Shown: positions 1-14,134 of the stretch, one piece after another | Numbering within the stretch: the first letter of the stretch is position 1 | How the letters are laid out: every line of letters begins with the position of its first letter | Origin: Takakia lepidozioides | Taxonomy: Eukaryota > Plantae > Bryophyta | Reading direction: 5' to 3' | Length of the DNA: 64,000 nt | NCBI GenBank assembly: GCA_030704615.1 | Contig: CM060734.1 | Coordinates: 13,888,001 to 13,952,000 of the forward strand | The notes under the pieces: model-generated | Seen by the model: the letters and a program-made list of their open reading frames with translations, nothing else | Told to the model about the DNA's origin: nothing | Database searches by the model: none | Program-made: the position numbers and the translations under genes

Positions 1-3000
1 GGATTCCAGGATCCGGGTCGAAACATGTAGGGCCTACACTTCCTGCCAGGAAGAATGTCCCGTTCTTTGCGAGGGCCGACTTCATGACGAGCCCGGTGAA
101 GGACTACTCCCTTCCTAGTTATGCAGCTAAACTCGCAAATACAGCGATTAGACGATGTGAGAATCCCAGTAAAGTAGAGCAGATTTTGGAGAGGGCTAGG
201 GAGGACAGAAGGATAAGGAAAGAGTTGGCAGCTGAGACAGGTAGACGGGTGCGAAAGTTCATATGTGATTCAGCGGATGAGAGCGATGCAGACAGGGAGG
301 ACGACGAGCCAACGGAGGTGAGATGGTCGGTTCCACAAGGTGAAGATGGGATTTTTGAAAGCCTGGCCAATGAGCAGTCGCTGGAAGAGAAAGCAATGAC
401 GGGGTGAGGCGGAGCAGGACAGTCAAGGACAGGACGACGATAGTGATGATTTTCAAGATTATAGAATTTTAATGAACTCTCTGATTCCATAAAGGAAATT
501 CCCCGTCCTTTAATTTCAAGTATGGACATGGACAAGCATTAGCGACTGGACATGCTGGACAATTCAAGGTCCAATATGGAAATGCGGCGCCGCATTTCAA
601 ATTTGAAGTATGGTAATGCCATGTCAGGAAATGAAATGTTGTACAGCATTTCCGTTACGACGACAACGGAGGAAAGGGAGCTGCCAGAAATCGCTGCATG
701 GAGAAAATGAAATGCGGTGCCGAATTTCCGAGCTTCGGCGTGTACATGTTTCCTTTTACTCATAATGGATTTTCTTCACCTCAGGACTCTGATATCGCTG
801 ACTCCGGTATATTCATATGGACAGACACATTGTAGAAATGAGACCTCAAATTGTAACAGTGGGCCAATTACGGCAGTTCTTGAACACGATGAAACACAAG
901 CACACAGAAGTGAGGTACGATGGGTTGTTTTATTGATCGAACACGGTGTCTCACATTTAGCAACTCCAGACAAATCTAAGCCCTTCCTCCTTCTACATGG
1001 GCGTCACCAAGTCGACGGAACTTCGATAGCCCTCAAAACAAGCTCATTACTGATGCGGCACCTCGAGGTAAACTGCAATGCGGTCGATCTGGTGCCCTTG
1101 GTGGAGCTGACGACAATGTCATGCCCATCAATCATACCACCATCATACATGACAAGGTCACTGTGGGGCCTGTGCCCGTGCGATTCGTCTTCGCAACTAG
1201 TGAACGATATAACCGTCCTCCCTGGTCCACTGGCAGCAGTTCCAGCGCCAAAGTGAGGCCGTGCGTGATCTGTCCGGCATCCCATTCCACCTTGGTATAT
1301 CGAGGTCAACAATTTTCAGGACCCACGGACCGCATTGACCCTCGCCCTCACCTCGCTCAAAGCGGTAATAGCCCTCCAGATACTCCATTGCGCGCAAAGA
1401 CTCCCGCTTGATTCCAGAAGCGTCTGTGAAAAATAGAGAGCCAGACAATGATGTCTCCTGATTCTGGTTTGAACATAGCATAATCGTGGCCATGATAAGG
1501 GCAGTCAGCAGGATTTCGGAGGCACGGCATCCTGAAAAAGAGTAGCGGAGTACGCTCAATGACAGCAGCTCCCGGATGGAGGAGGAGCAGCAGCGCGGTG
1601 GCTGGAAGAAATTCAAGCAAACGCTGCAATTCCTCACAAACACTCCAGGGCACATTTAAATTTCCCCCCGACAGGAACCTGCACGGATGAAGATTGGCTG
1701 CTCCATGAATGTAGCCGTTCAGTTTCCTCCCTGCCATGCAAAGTGGGGCATAAAGTGCAGGTGGGCCTATAGCCACTCGAGACGAACGAGAGTCCATTCC
1801 CCCCCTTCGATTGTTGTAAATGCGGGCCGAATTTCCATACGGGGGATGGAATTCGGTGGCAGATTCAAAACTATACCCCTGGATGAGAAAGAGGGTATCG
1901 GTTCATCCACCATTGGCGTGATAAACACGTTACACGATGATTGGTGGGTACGTGTGACCCAGATGCTTCCATCTATTGAGCCCGCACTGCTTCTCCGCTT
2001 CTCATCATTTCGAAAATCTAAGGGCTTGTTCTGTCTGCAAGGTAATGTCATCGGCCTCAAAGACCATCCTCAGGTCCTCCTTTGCAAGGATGCGTGCGAT
2101 TCCGGAACAGGGACGACTGCCCTTATGGAGGCTTCGATTATGCAATGTATTCGGCCCCACATCGGGAGGACATAGTTATATGGTACACAGATTACACAGA
2201 AGATACTGGTTCGAATGTGGAAACATTGTCCGCTTGAGTATATCCCAGGCCATACGCCTTCGAGCGGGGTGATGGGGGGGGGGGGGGTGAGATCTTGTCT
2301 GAGGACGGTCCCGTGGCTCCTGAGATCCTTGATTCCGATTTTCCCAGCTACAACGGGCACCCATGCAGAAGAATGCGAACTGCTATGTGTTGCGGTTGGA
2401 ACTGCGCCAGTGGACGTGGTGGACTCCATCGAGAGACTTTACTCCTGAAGGAGTGCCGCTCCTCTTCTCCTTGTATGGGGGACATTCGCATTGGTGGGAC
2501 GACGAAAACGTGAAGAGTTCCATATTCGATGTGGTGGTATGATTGAAGGGCACGACATTGTGGTGAACATCAACAGGGGGCGGTACAACGGCTGCAATCC
2601 AGTTTACCTGAGGAGCCGATGACCTCATGAGCTAGTTCTCAGAGCAGTCGAAGCCATTGACAACGTGACTTGTATTCAGAAGGCACAGGGCTAAAGATTG
2701 TTTGCACAATCGGCAAGTAGAGTGCTTCAAATGCAATCATGTGGATCAATAAAAAACCCCATTGTGCCCTCTTTTTTTTTTGTTCGATTCTGTATCCATC
2801 GTTCCAGAATGCATCATTCCTCATTTGCGTTTGGGATGGGGATTGTGGGTGGATTTTGCAAGTGGCTGGTGGCTGAAATGGGCCCCCATTGTACAAGATA
2901 GAAGTACCACCCTACCATTCGCAAAACATTGCATTCAATATGTAATTCTAAAAAACATTGCCGAACCTCCTTCATCGGGAGGTCCGTCTCCCCCTATGAC

Positions 3001-3117
3001 CGTGACCCCTAAACCCTATTCCTGCGGAACACTCATTCTCGGAAAATAGCAGGCTCATGTTTTTTCGACACTACGACTCTGCTCATGGCTCATGGCTCAT
3101 GATGAAATAGCACACCC

Positions 3118-5044
3118 CCCGGGATGGATTGCATTGCATTTCTGTGTATCTTGGACAGCAGAAGGCCAGGTTGGAAACCTACAACAGGGATGACTGTTAG
3201 ACCGAGTGTCTGGGGACCTGAGGCCAGCAATGAGCAATGGTGGTGACAAAAGTATACATGAGGATTCAGCTGGTTTGGACTATCTCTGCATGGAGACACG
3301 ACAGCCACTGTGACTGAAAAGGAGAGGGATCGGATCCTACAACGAGCCAAAGAGGTTCAAGTGGGATGGGACACACCTGCTACGGAGTGTGGGAGGTATG
3401 CGAGTGAGGATTGTGCCTCACCCAACACAGCGGCAACGGTTAGTGCGCATGCCCATGAGGAGAGTGGGGCATTTTGGGGTGCGACGCATCATAGTCTACT
3501 GCAGGGGCAATATTGGTGGCGTGGTGGTATGCACATAGAGGTGCAACAATTTGTGGATGGTGCATGGGTGTGTGACAGTGGTGTGTGCTTCATTCCAACG
3601 CACCTACACCACAATTGCACCCTACTTCCGATATGGGATTGGGCCACAGGTGGAGTCTAGACTTGCAGGGCATTTGCCACTGACCATGCGCCACAACAAG
3701 TACGTGTGGTGATGGTGGAGCACTTCTCCAAGTGGATCGAATTGGTTCCATTGCATGATAAGGCTAGTGAGGGGGGCTGGCGTATGCATTCTTGGATTGT
3801 GTACTTAGACAATTCGGTGCTCTAGCTGAGGTAGCGTATCACGGATCAGAGGAGAGAGTTCTTGGGGGAGTTTCAGGCGTTGTGTGACAAGGCCTTGATA
3901 GACCACCGCCACCACTTCTCGGATCATCCTGAGGCCGATGCTTGGCGGAGAGGGTTGTGCAAATGGTTAAGAGGGGTTGTTTGCGCAAGGATGGATTGCA
4001 AAGGGACATCTTGAGATTGTGACCTTCAGCTACCCTGGTTAGCATGGGCTACAGGTTCAGCAAGTAAGCATCACTTGACTCGTTGCTCACTTATTTCCTT
4101 CTCTTTGGTGAGGCTAGATTTGCCTGCATCTATTCGCAGGGAGTTGCAATAGTCCTCAATTTGACGATCCGGACATGTGGGGCACGTGCATGAGTGGTCA
4201 GTGCGCGGAGTTGTTCAAGAAAGTCATGCCCATGCTTTCGAGAACCTTGCCCTTTGCACAACATCGTGATACGTTGAGGTATGAACCATACGTGGTGGGG
4301 CTATCATCCAGGGGTTCGGAGATTTCACCCTGGTGAACTATGTTTATCTGCCAGCAAGGACTGCTCCAACAACCCTGGATGTGACGGCAGGATGTGTTAT
4401 TCTGAGGGTTCGAGAGGTATTGCCCTTAGGCGTCCTGATCTTGGAGGGTCGGGATGGCATGACGTGGAAAGACCATGTGTGTAATTGCGCGCCATGTCAC
4501 CTTCCAAATGTCGATGGCGAATTGACCAAAACCTGGCAGTGGTTACCTGCAAGTTTGAGGTGCATGTGTGTGGGTTGCTAGAGGGGCAGCCACCATGCTG
4601 GTGTGTGATCGATGCTCTAGAGGTTGGCATAGGGATGCTTGACTCCACCTCTTGAGATGGTTCCTGTGGGGTGGTTATGTCGCATTGCATTGGATAGTGG
4701 GAGTGGATACAAACCATGGAAGGCTAAAGAAATGCAAGGTCAAGCTACTAGGAGACCAACACATGAGATCCTGGCTCAAGTTCACAGATTGCAAGACGGC
4801 GACTAACGATGGGGCTACTCTTGTACCCGGCCTCTTGGTCTATAGAGTTTGAGTATAATAGGGACAGTGATAGAGGACTTAGTACGGCTGGGTTGTGGCT
4901 ATTACATCTTGTAGCTATCTGGATTAGAGGGACCTAACCACCAACTAAGGGGCGGCGATGTGGCAGACTACTTTCTTGTGCATATATGTGGTGGTGTGGT
5001 TTGGACAGCGATGTAGTTGTGTAGCGATACGTATGCGCACGACA
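3118..5044 (+). mobile_element. Degenerate 3' relic (integrase, PHD, 3' terminus) of the MTase/PHD gypsy family
   Basis: Colinear with 13417-15960 (-), with many substitutions and frameshifts. Fragments include YVYL..TAPTTLDVTAG.VILRVREVLP.GVLILEGRDGMTWKDHV.NCAPCHLPNVDG. It ends in the family terminus ...GTATGCGCACGACA at 5044. Confidence 0.92.
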
Positions 5045-5049
5045 TACAT

Positions 5050-8000
5050 AATGAATTACACGTCTTACTCCATGATTATATCACTCATCAATCTTGCATC
5101 CAAATTGCGCCAGAGATCAGAAGATTAATATAAATCCCAAGGGAATAATAAGAATGAAATGGGAACACTCACCTGGGACAATGGCAGCCAACATGAAATG
5201 GTCTTTTTTATTGAAAAGATACGGAGGATGTTGTAGTTCACCATGGTCACCGGCCAAGTGGACTGACTAATGACTGGAAAAGTAGGGGGTTCACCCCATC
5301 CGAGGAGAAGCCGAGGTGGACATGTCGGGGGTCCTCTAAGAGAAAAAGGCCACATCTCTTCAGTATGCCTCCATGCTTGTGAATCTTGTGGCCCGCACAC
5401 CTTTCCCGGGGGGCTCCGATGCGAGGCGTGCCATCTCATCAGAACAGCCAATGCGGGGGTTCGGTACTATGCCTTCAATCGCGGGATGATCGGAAAGTAA
5501 TGCATTTTCTAGGATGAAATACCCCACGTCCCCACATGTATGTAATCATCCCATTAGCACACATAATACAACACCCTTATGTCTTTCCCTTTATGCACCA
5601 TCTCCCTCATTAGGAAAATAATGATAAAACTGAACGTCACTAATATTATTCACTCCTTCCAAAGCCACAATCAGATCTTGCATGAGTACTACTCTCTAAA
5701 CCCTAAACTTTGTGGAATACACTTTATATGCATTGAGAAGATTAAAGAAAATAATTTCCATGTGAGGGGGAATGGCGTTCGTTTATATCTGCGTGGTACT
5801 TTTTCCCTTGGACATCATCCCGATATCGGTCTTTCTTGCACTTTGGACACTTGGTCCAAACGCGAATCATCTCCGTAGTATAGGGTTTTTATCACATGGA
5901 CATGCATGATGAAAATCTTATAGGCCATCCCCACACAGTCCAAGACTTCGCGCGCCTCTTTCCGCGACCATGGAATCTTGGGTTTCAAGTGTGGAGCAAG
6001 GATATAGTGCACAATAGTTCGCATTATGGCAGTCATCCCAACATTAGTTATGCCAAATCAAATTTGAAGATTGAGCAAAAGTAAGATTGTGTTGAAAGTC
6101 CACTCACTTTCGCCCTTCGTACAAGGGAGTTCTCGCCTCCCTCTCCATGTCATTTGAGGGGGCCATATCCGGATCATCGATTGGCCGAGTTTCCTCTCCA
6201 TCAGATGCATCAGCGCCCACATGATGCATTAAGAGATCCTCCATGGCTTGCACATCCTCCTGGTTAATTCCATCCTCATTGTTGTTTCACTGTCACTGTC
6301 ACTATATCGTCATTCATCGTCAGTACGTGGGTGGTGGGGTGGTAACGTCTCGCCCACCTGATGTACTTGGGTTGTTTTCGGATGGGGTGCCAAGAGAAAG
6401 GACCTGGAAGGGAGGGACAAAGTCCTGATATGAACAAATGAACATACGGGCATATATTATAATGTGTCCTTGCAACCATACAACTTATTATAAGCGAAAT
6501 GCAAACAACAACCTTCAATGTGTGCATGCATCAAATATGTCATTCAGTAATTACATGTATGTGCGCAACGTCATGCATGCAAAGTTTCAAACCTTAAAAA
6601 AATCATTTGCCCCCCCAAGGACGCGTTCACCTTATCAACCAATTTTGTTTATTAATGTGAAAGAAAATCCTCTCATGCCATTGCACCCATCAAACGGATG
6701 TGGCTCAAGCTTCACTTTTTCCCACATGTGCTTAAAATATGTGTGCAGAGAGATGACTCCGGCTTGCAACCGGCGTAACTAAGAGCCACTTCACCTTGCG
6801 GCTACTGCCCCCTTTCGGGGGTGGGCCCTATAAAGCTAGGGGGGTGCCGGAGGCACCCGGGGGGACCTAGGGTAGGTGGTTTGGGGAGGGTACCCCAGGG
6901 GGCATATGTGTGCAACACCTGTGCAAAGATTCAATAGAAAAAAAAAAAAACATTTGCCTCCCCAACGACGCACTCACCCTTGAACCAATTTTGAATTAAA
7001 TCGAATTTAAAATAAATATTTGCATTTAGAAAATATAGGATTGCGGTTTTGAGGGGCGTAATGATTTTATTTTTTGCTCTATTTTGTTCTGTGACCTCGG
7101 GGTTTGCACCACTACATCCATGCAAAACATTGGACCCAAAAATTAAGAAAATAATAAATAAATAAAAATAAAAATAAAAATCTAGGGTCACTTTTGCAAA
7201 ACTCTATATGAATAGTGCATGAAGTTGAAGATAACTCAACTTTGGAGTTTAGTTACGCCGGCTTCGGCCGGAGTCTTCTCTCTGGACCATAGTAGGGAAA
7301 CAAGTCCACCATGCTGTTGCTCCCACGAGAAACCATAATATCATTGACCGTGAATAAACCCCAAACCATAGCAAGATCAGTAGCGGCTCTCACAACATAC
7401 CGTCTACCCCAATACTCAAACTCCACATTCTCTCGGATGGGGGTAGGAGGGTCGAGATGATTCCCCCAACAAAGGGCCGCAACACTTTGTGCAGAACCCC
7501 ACCAAGATCACTCCGGAATGGATTGATGAGCTGCAGGCCTTATATGTCCCGACCCCCTGCCCTCAAGGCAAAGGGCCGCGACAGCTGTTGTCTCTTCCTC
7601 GTCTATTTCCACTAGTGACTCTGGTACTGAGGTACAAAGAGAGTTGCTAACCGAGGACATAGCATGCACTAACTGTAATGGAATGAGAGGAAGGAAACTT
7701 GTGGGAATTTCCTGTGCAAAGTAAAATGACGGCGGTCGTTCTGGATCCGCAATGACGCCTTTGGGAGCCGCTAAAGGACGTCCTTCAATCCAAGTGATGT
7801 CGTGTATGGTGGGCGCCACGTCCAACTGCCCGTTGGTGATCAATTCGGTGATTAGTGTTGCCTCACTCTCACTGCGACTGCTGTAAAATCTAGGTGGACA
7901 AATGTAGGTGATAGTAGTGTTCGAGTGAGGTAGGCGTTCCTCTACCTCCAGATAATCTTCTAAACCACACCCAAACAGCCAACACATCCAGTCAAATGGA

Positions 8001-9740
8001 AGATCAATAAAACTCTTTTTGCTCAAATAGGAGGTGGCCTCCCCAGACTTTCGAATAGTGGGAAGAGGACGATGGAAATCGATGCCTTCGTCCGCGATGG
8101 TGCGACACAAAGGGCAGCACCCGAAATATGCCACTTGCCAGGCGAGATGTGCCTCTAGCGAGGATTGCACATTGAGATTCCCTAAGAAGGGAGGTTGGCA
8201 GCACCCGGGCCAACGTGTATTAAACCCTGAAAAAGGAAGAGATGGGGGCAGTGAGAGCCTTGTCCCCCAATGGCCCTACTTTGGCCGAAATCCAGTACCC
8301 TCGATACTCTTCGGCGATGTCCAATATGCGGCCCCGCATCAACCTGCAAACTACAATTGCATCTTCGGTTCGCACTTCGCCGGATCAGGTGCCGGAAATA
8401 ACACGGTAAAGACCCACCACGCGTGCCTCAAATGACAAGTAAAAATGATGGGCTTCCATATGATCGGTGGCCATGATGCAGCTTCATGATTGCCATGGCG
8501 TTAGTAATTTCAATGAACACTGATCCAAACATCCTCATGCAAGAGCTTCTAATCTTCATGCGCATGGGGTTTCTCAATCTCCACCTGATGGAGTAAGATC
8601 ATGAATAAACAATAAAGTATTGCATAGAAACAAATCAGGACGAGAACACATTTGTTAGTCCGTCCATAACAATTTGGAGAAGTCTTGACTATTCACTTAC
8701 CCCCCGGTAGACGCACCATTTATATGACGAGCCCTGAGCGCGCGTGTTCAGGGTGACGACATATTAGTCTAGGGGGGTCGTGGTAAGTTGCGGTGTAGGT
8801 TGGGCTCACTGAACCGCCTACCCGACTGCGGTTAGTGCAGGGGGTCCATGGTCGTACATGGTGGCTATGATCACTATCTAAGTCCTACCAGCAAAGAGAA
8901 ATCATGTACTCCTCTTCACAGGGCAAGTTTGCGTTTCTAAGTCCTACGGTATCCTACAATCTACTCAGTAACTGCCTTCCAAGTCTTTGTGTTTTATTGT
9001 CTAATTCCTATTGCCTAGGCCCCCGAGCCGCCTGTAGCCGAGACATGTTTTAATCCCTTCACAAGGCACCTGCTGAGCCTAGGAAGAAGAGGGAAAATCT
9101 TCCTCTCCCAATGCCCCTCCTTTACCGAGTGCTTAAGTTCAAGTCATCTGATGGGAAGGGCAACGCTTCCTACCCCAGTGCCTAAAATACTTGTCTTAAA
9201 ATGAGTGGCCAAAATACCTATCATAATCCAATAGGTTCACCAAGTTCAATAAGGTAGTTCTAAGCCCCTCAAACTAATAAGTTCAATCAGTTTAACAACG
9301 CCTTCAGGCTATAACGTGCACCACGTACATCTATCCTATTTAAGTAATTCGCAAATCAGAAGAGCGAATGGAAAATAAAAGAAATTCAGAAATCAGGAAA
9401 AATACCTCCCCTATGGGAAATCATGTGGGGAATCCAAAGATATCTTTGGTGCCTAAAAATGCCATTGGGAACCATGTGGGAACCCAATGAGAACCGAAGA
9501 ACACCCGGGAACCATTCCCTGCCGCGGGGAACTGTTGCGGCCCTATCGGATGAATGAATCTCGTTGAGAGCTCATCCATGCCACTACATTCGTTAGTCCA
9601 GAACATGCATGCGTAAATAATAAAATAAACCACTGGTGGGTCCAAGCCAGATTTCACCCCTTTACATTATTTAAGGTGCTGGTGTGCGCTTTCCCTCCGT
9701 GGAAAAAGTCATCCTCTACCTTGGGCTCTGATACAAAGAT
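5050..9740 (-). mobile_element. Highly degraded LTR (gypsy-like) retrotransposon internal region of a different family
   Basis: Minus strand reads ...GTGCA-TC-TTTGTATCAGAGCC at about 9744-9724, resembling an LTR end plus a tRNAiMet PBS (TGGTATCAGAGC). A protease-like relic lies near 7300-7360 (FTVNDIMVSRGSNSMVDL) and an RT-like relic near 5130-5260 (LPLSQVSVPISFLLFPWDLY, cf. IPL..ED..KTAF.TPWGLY). Boundaries are approximate. Confidence 0.45.
6746..7284. mobile_element. MITE / non-autonomous TIR element (~540 bp)
   Basis: About 40-bp imperfect terminal inverted repeats: CAGAGAGATGACTCCGGC..CCGGCGTAACTAA versus TTAGTTACGCCGG..GCCGGAGTCTTCTCTCTG. The interior is noncoding and partly AT-rich. 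No clear TSD. Confidence 0.7.
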
Positions 9741-12700
9741 GCACTATAGCCGAGTTTTTAGGACAAAGTACTTTCTCTCCTCCTTTGTCTCTCAAGGTCT
9801 CCGCCTCTAGCTCACTGCTCACAGGCCTGCTTGGCTCTCTCTTGGAGTCATAAGAATGCTCCCCTCCAAGGCTACGTCCTCCCAAAATCCTAGATTTTAT
9901 CTACCATTGGCGCAGTAGATAATGGCTCCTAACCCTTAGAGGGGTATAAATTGAATCTACTAGCTAAAGGTAAGAATACCCCCCTTTAAGGGAATTTGCA
10001 GACGCATTGCCTGCTGGGTAAAACGCCCCGCCACGTGGCGGGGCGCAGCTCCGCGCATAGCAGTCCAAGTCGTGGACCGCTGCGGTTAACGTCGGCGTCC
10101 GCGGTCCCGCCTCAGCTTTTGGTTATCCATGCGGGTAAAGACCCGCCTCTGCTCGCACGCTTCAGGGCCCTCACGCCTGAGCCACGCGGCTGATGTACTT
10201 GATCTTAGTACGACTTAAGGTCAGCGTTGGGGCCCCGCTCCCCATACGTCGTGGCTGGGCCACGGCTGCCTCCACGCTTTTAGTAATCGAGTGCCTACTC
10301 TCTAGGCGCAACACCCGGGCTGCTCGCGACCTTGGGGCAGCTGCTGTCAAGGGAAATGAGCTCGCCCAAACCCCTAGACAAAAAAATTACAACCCACCCT
10401 CCCCTAGGCCTCCATGGCTTGCTAGTGGGGGGGGGGGGTTAACACATAGTGGCCTTATAGTGGCCTTATATCATAGATCCAGCCTACTGGCCTACCTTTG
10501 CCAAAGTTGGCTATATTTCAAATTAGTAATCAAACACAAAGATTCTTTCTTCAAACAATTCAAATACAAGCCTCTATTGGTACCTTTTCCAATAGGCTAT
10601 GGGGTTCTTCTCCTTGTCAATTCTAGACATGAAATAGTGGGATTCCACAATGCACTCTCCTCTTTTGAAGAGCCTAAATCAGATTTTCAACTTCAAGCTT
10701 TGCTTGGAAAATAAATGAATCACATACATAAATGGTGAAATGGTAAGATGGGATCAACCTTTCTATGCGAGCGAGAGTGCTGGGATGCTCTATCAACTCA
10801 AGTAATGGTACTCTATGCGGCCTCCACTTGGGCTCTCGTCCATAAGTCCACACCAGCCCCTCCTACTCGTCCTCAAGTCACTTTCATCTACATAAAATTT
10901 CCCTCTTCCTTCACAAATGAAATGGCTCAAAGGCCCACAAGCTAGGCCACTTGCCTTAGCACACAAGAATTCTACCTAACTAGGGAGCTTCAAGCTCCAC
11001 TCCCTAGGATCTAGCCTCCTCAAGCCTCAAACTAACAACACTACAACAACAAGAGGAAACTAAGCAAGAGAAAGAACTAGATGAAGAACAAGGGAAGCCT
11101 TGCCCTTCTTTTATATTGTTTTGAGCCTAATAAAACTAATGGAAAATATTCATTAAACTATTGTTTCCTTGGAGGATCTATAATTAATATTCAACATGGA
11201 TGAAAAGACTTAGAGGCAAATGAAAGTTGGCTTTTCATCCATCCAATTGGATGACCAGTTGGCGCGAGTTGTTATTTCATCCATCCAGCTCCTCAAGGCG
11301 AAATCCAGGATTTTTCATCCATCCAAGAAGTAGAAATGCAAATAATAGGCCCCGTGAGTGCCGTCGACTCAATAATTTGGCCCTGCTGCTAATCAGCTCC
11401 ATAAATTACTAAACTTGGTGACAAACTACAATTATATACCCCGTATCAGCCTGTAAATTCTCAGCCCCATCGGTGGTAAAAAGTTGCACTTCTCGCCATT
11501 CGTCGTATTTTCACTACACACAGTTTGTGGTATTTTTGGAAATCAAATCCCTGGTGATGGCTCTTGGGTCTTTGACCCTGCCACTGAGTCATAGGTTGTC
11601 CGGAGTCCCCTCCAGTTTTCCCGCACGGCTAAAAAGTCCACGCTTCGCCGTTTGAAGTCGTTTTGACCTGCTGTCATTCCGATGCGGCCAATTGCTTTGT
11701 TGCGATATTTCATCGCTGTACATGTCGCTTCCACCAATTGCCAAGCTCTCCTCACTGTGTGTTCCTACTAGACTTGAGAGAGAGAGGGGAGAAGAGAGAG
11801 ATCGCAATCTGGGACTGGAATAGTCGTCCTGTATTGTTTGAACAGGATTAACTTGTCGTTTCTGGTACCGAATTGACAGCCTAATCTGCTGCCGATGCAG
11901 CTTCCTACGGTCATCTTGACGCCAGAGTTCCACTCCATGGTCGTCGCAGACACTGTCTAATTTCCTACGTGCTTTACCAACGATTTCTAGACAACTAACA
12001 GACTAACCTGTTTTGGCAGTACAATGCCGAAACCGCTTGTCTTATGATCAAAAACGATCTGAAAAGAAAAGTGTACCAATATATGCATCTACACACACCC
12101 CCACGCTAGACCGTACATCTCCTAAAACCATCAAATCCAGCATGGTCACCATAACATCACAAAATGACGGATACTCTTCATCCATCCCACCCAAAACCAT
12201 GGGCACATCCATTCCCATACCTAGGCAACCCCTCCAAGTACCAGGGGCAACCTCACCCCACTCATGGTACACCAATAGAACTACCCGAATCCCTCAACCT
12301 CGTTACACCCCCCCCCCTATACATACATCAGTCACCAGGCCCACCACCTTAGTGATCGATCATCACCCCCTCCACCATTTAATTTTGCCACAGCCTACCT
12401 ACTCGCAAAACCTTGAAACACTTCACCACATCTCCCTCCAAACTGAGTACATCGACCCAGACTAGTATAGGCGTTATTTTTTCCCCGGTAAATCCAAACG
12501 CTATTATCATCACCCTCCCACACCGGATAATCTCTATATAAATGCCTGCCTAGACTTAATATTATTAACGATGCGGCGATATTCATCCTAATCCAAGGCC
12601 CCCCACTATAAATACAATTATTAGCCAACCCCCCACAGATGCACAAGAAAGATATACCCAATACTTCCAACAAAACACCATCTCACTCATACACAGTTAC

Positions 12701-13034
12701 CGCCATGTATAGCTAACCATTTCGCTCCATTCTTTTCTGACTGCCAACGCTCTGACCACATAACCACGAGTCCCATCACAACGTTGCAAAGGTTACCCCC
12801 ACTCCCGCATAACTATTTGCCCCCCCCACACTATTTATCCGAAATCCACAACTCTCTCACCTCTTAAATTCCAACACAGGTGTGGTTCATAAGATTCTCG
12901 GAGACCATCTAACCACATCACCCCCATCTGATCAAGCCCATCACCTAATCACCAAAAAATTCCCTTCCTATCCCAAGATATCCTCTCCGCCACACTTCGA
13001 GCCGCCACCCCAATACCCGGATACGACCCTCCCT

Positions 13035-13416
13035 CAACAACACCGACTCCCCCCGAAATACCCCCCTCTACCCTGGGGATGAAATTTGGGTGCCACCTGG
13101 CACACTCTCTCCCCCCGAGACGACTTCATCCAAATGCCCCAAATCGGAAATTCGGCACCGCATTTCCATCCCGGGGATGAAAGTTGGACCTCTTTGGGGA
13201 TGAAAAAGACGGCCAGAGGGATATAAAAGGATGTGAAAGGACGAAAACTGATAAAAAAGTCCGGAAATGGAAAAAAAAAACGGATGAAAATGGTCCAGGA
13301 CGGTTCCATCTGACTTCGCTGGATGGAAATTCGGCGCCGAATATCCATCCAGGTGGATGAAATTGGGATTTCAACCCCCCTGGATGGAAATTTCGGCGCC
13401 GCATTTCCATCCAGGT
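13035..13416. repeat. Palindromic repeat array, left part (GGATGGAAATTCGGCGCCGCATTTCCATCC core)
   Basis: Several copies of the ~30-bp dyad. The array resumes at 24945 after the retroelement. Confidence 0.85.
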
Positions 13417-13606
13417 TGTCGTGCGCATACATATCGCTACACAACTACATCGCTGTCCAAAACCACACAACACATGTGCACACCACACACTAGTATACCA
13501 CTAGTCTACCACTAGTCCAGCCACTAGTCCAACCACTAGGCTACAACTAGTCAGTCACTAGGCTGCCACTACGCTGCCCACTATGGCAGTCACTAGTCCA
13601 CACAAT
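13417..13606 (-). repeat. Split direct repeat Y, terminal copy (190 bp, ACTAG-rich)
   Basis: Appears identical by eye to 13935-14124. It forms the element's 3' end (...GCGCACGACA in element sense). Confidence 0.95.
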
Positions 13607-13932
13607 GATAAAGAAGAAGAATACAAGCACAAGCTCATGCGAGCTCACAAAGCTGAAGCATAAACTCATGCATATATAACCTCATCACTCAAATACAAGT
13701 CAAGCCAAGTGCACCCCACGCCATGGGGAATCCACACTACGGCGCCATAGCTAGGCGCGGTGAGGCTCAACTCGAGAAAGATGAGCCTCCCGCGCTTGCC
13801 GTGAAGATAACCACTCCAGGGCCTAAATCTGCCTTGACCCCTGGATTGACACTTGGGCCAATCCCAAATGTCAATATGTAAAAGCTAGCTATTTCCTAGC
13901 TAGTTTCACACTAGTGGTAAAATAACTTGACA
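13607..13932 (-). repeat. Split direct repeat X, internal copy (326 bp)
   Basis: Matches 24619-24944 with about 3 mismatches seen, and also matches 52929-53246. Confidence 0.95.
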
Positions 13933-13934
13933 GC

Positions 13935-14124
13935 TGTCGTGCGCATACATATCGCTACACAACTACATCGCTGTCCAAAACCACACAACACATGTGCACA
14001 CCACACACTAGTATACCACTAGTCTACCACTAGTCCAGCCACTAGTCCAACCACTAGGCTACAACTAGTCAGTCACTAGGCTGCCACTACGCTGCCCACT
14101 ATGGCAGTCACTAGTCCACACAAT
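13935..14124 (-). repeat. Split direct repeat Y, internal copy
   Basis: Duplicate of 13417-13606, separated from X by the dinucleotide GC (13933-13934). Confidence 0.95.
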
Positions 14125-14134
14125 CGCCCCCCTA
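14125..14134 (-). promoter_or_regulatory. Candidate polypurine tract (TAGGGGGGCG) directly upstream of internal Y
   Basis: A G-run abuts the first Y in element sense. A similar TAAGGGGCGGCG is retained in the relic at about 4946-4957. Confidence 0.5.

Noticed and set aside
1-3100. Short ORFs, including an acidic 107-aa ORF at 84-407 and Cys/Trp-rich minus-strand frames
   Set aside because: No family motif could be recognised. Probably decayed TE sequence, but it cannot be assigned by eye.
13417-13932. Reading X+Y (516 bp, TG...CA) as a normal 3' LTR or a solo LTR
   Set aside because: There is no matching full 5' LTR in either copy. The TSD pairs 13413-13416 with 24945-24948, not with 13933 onward.
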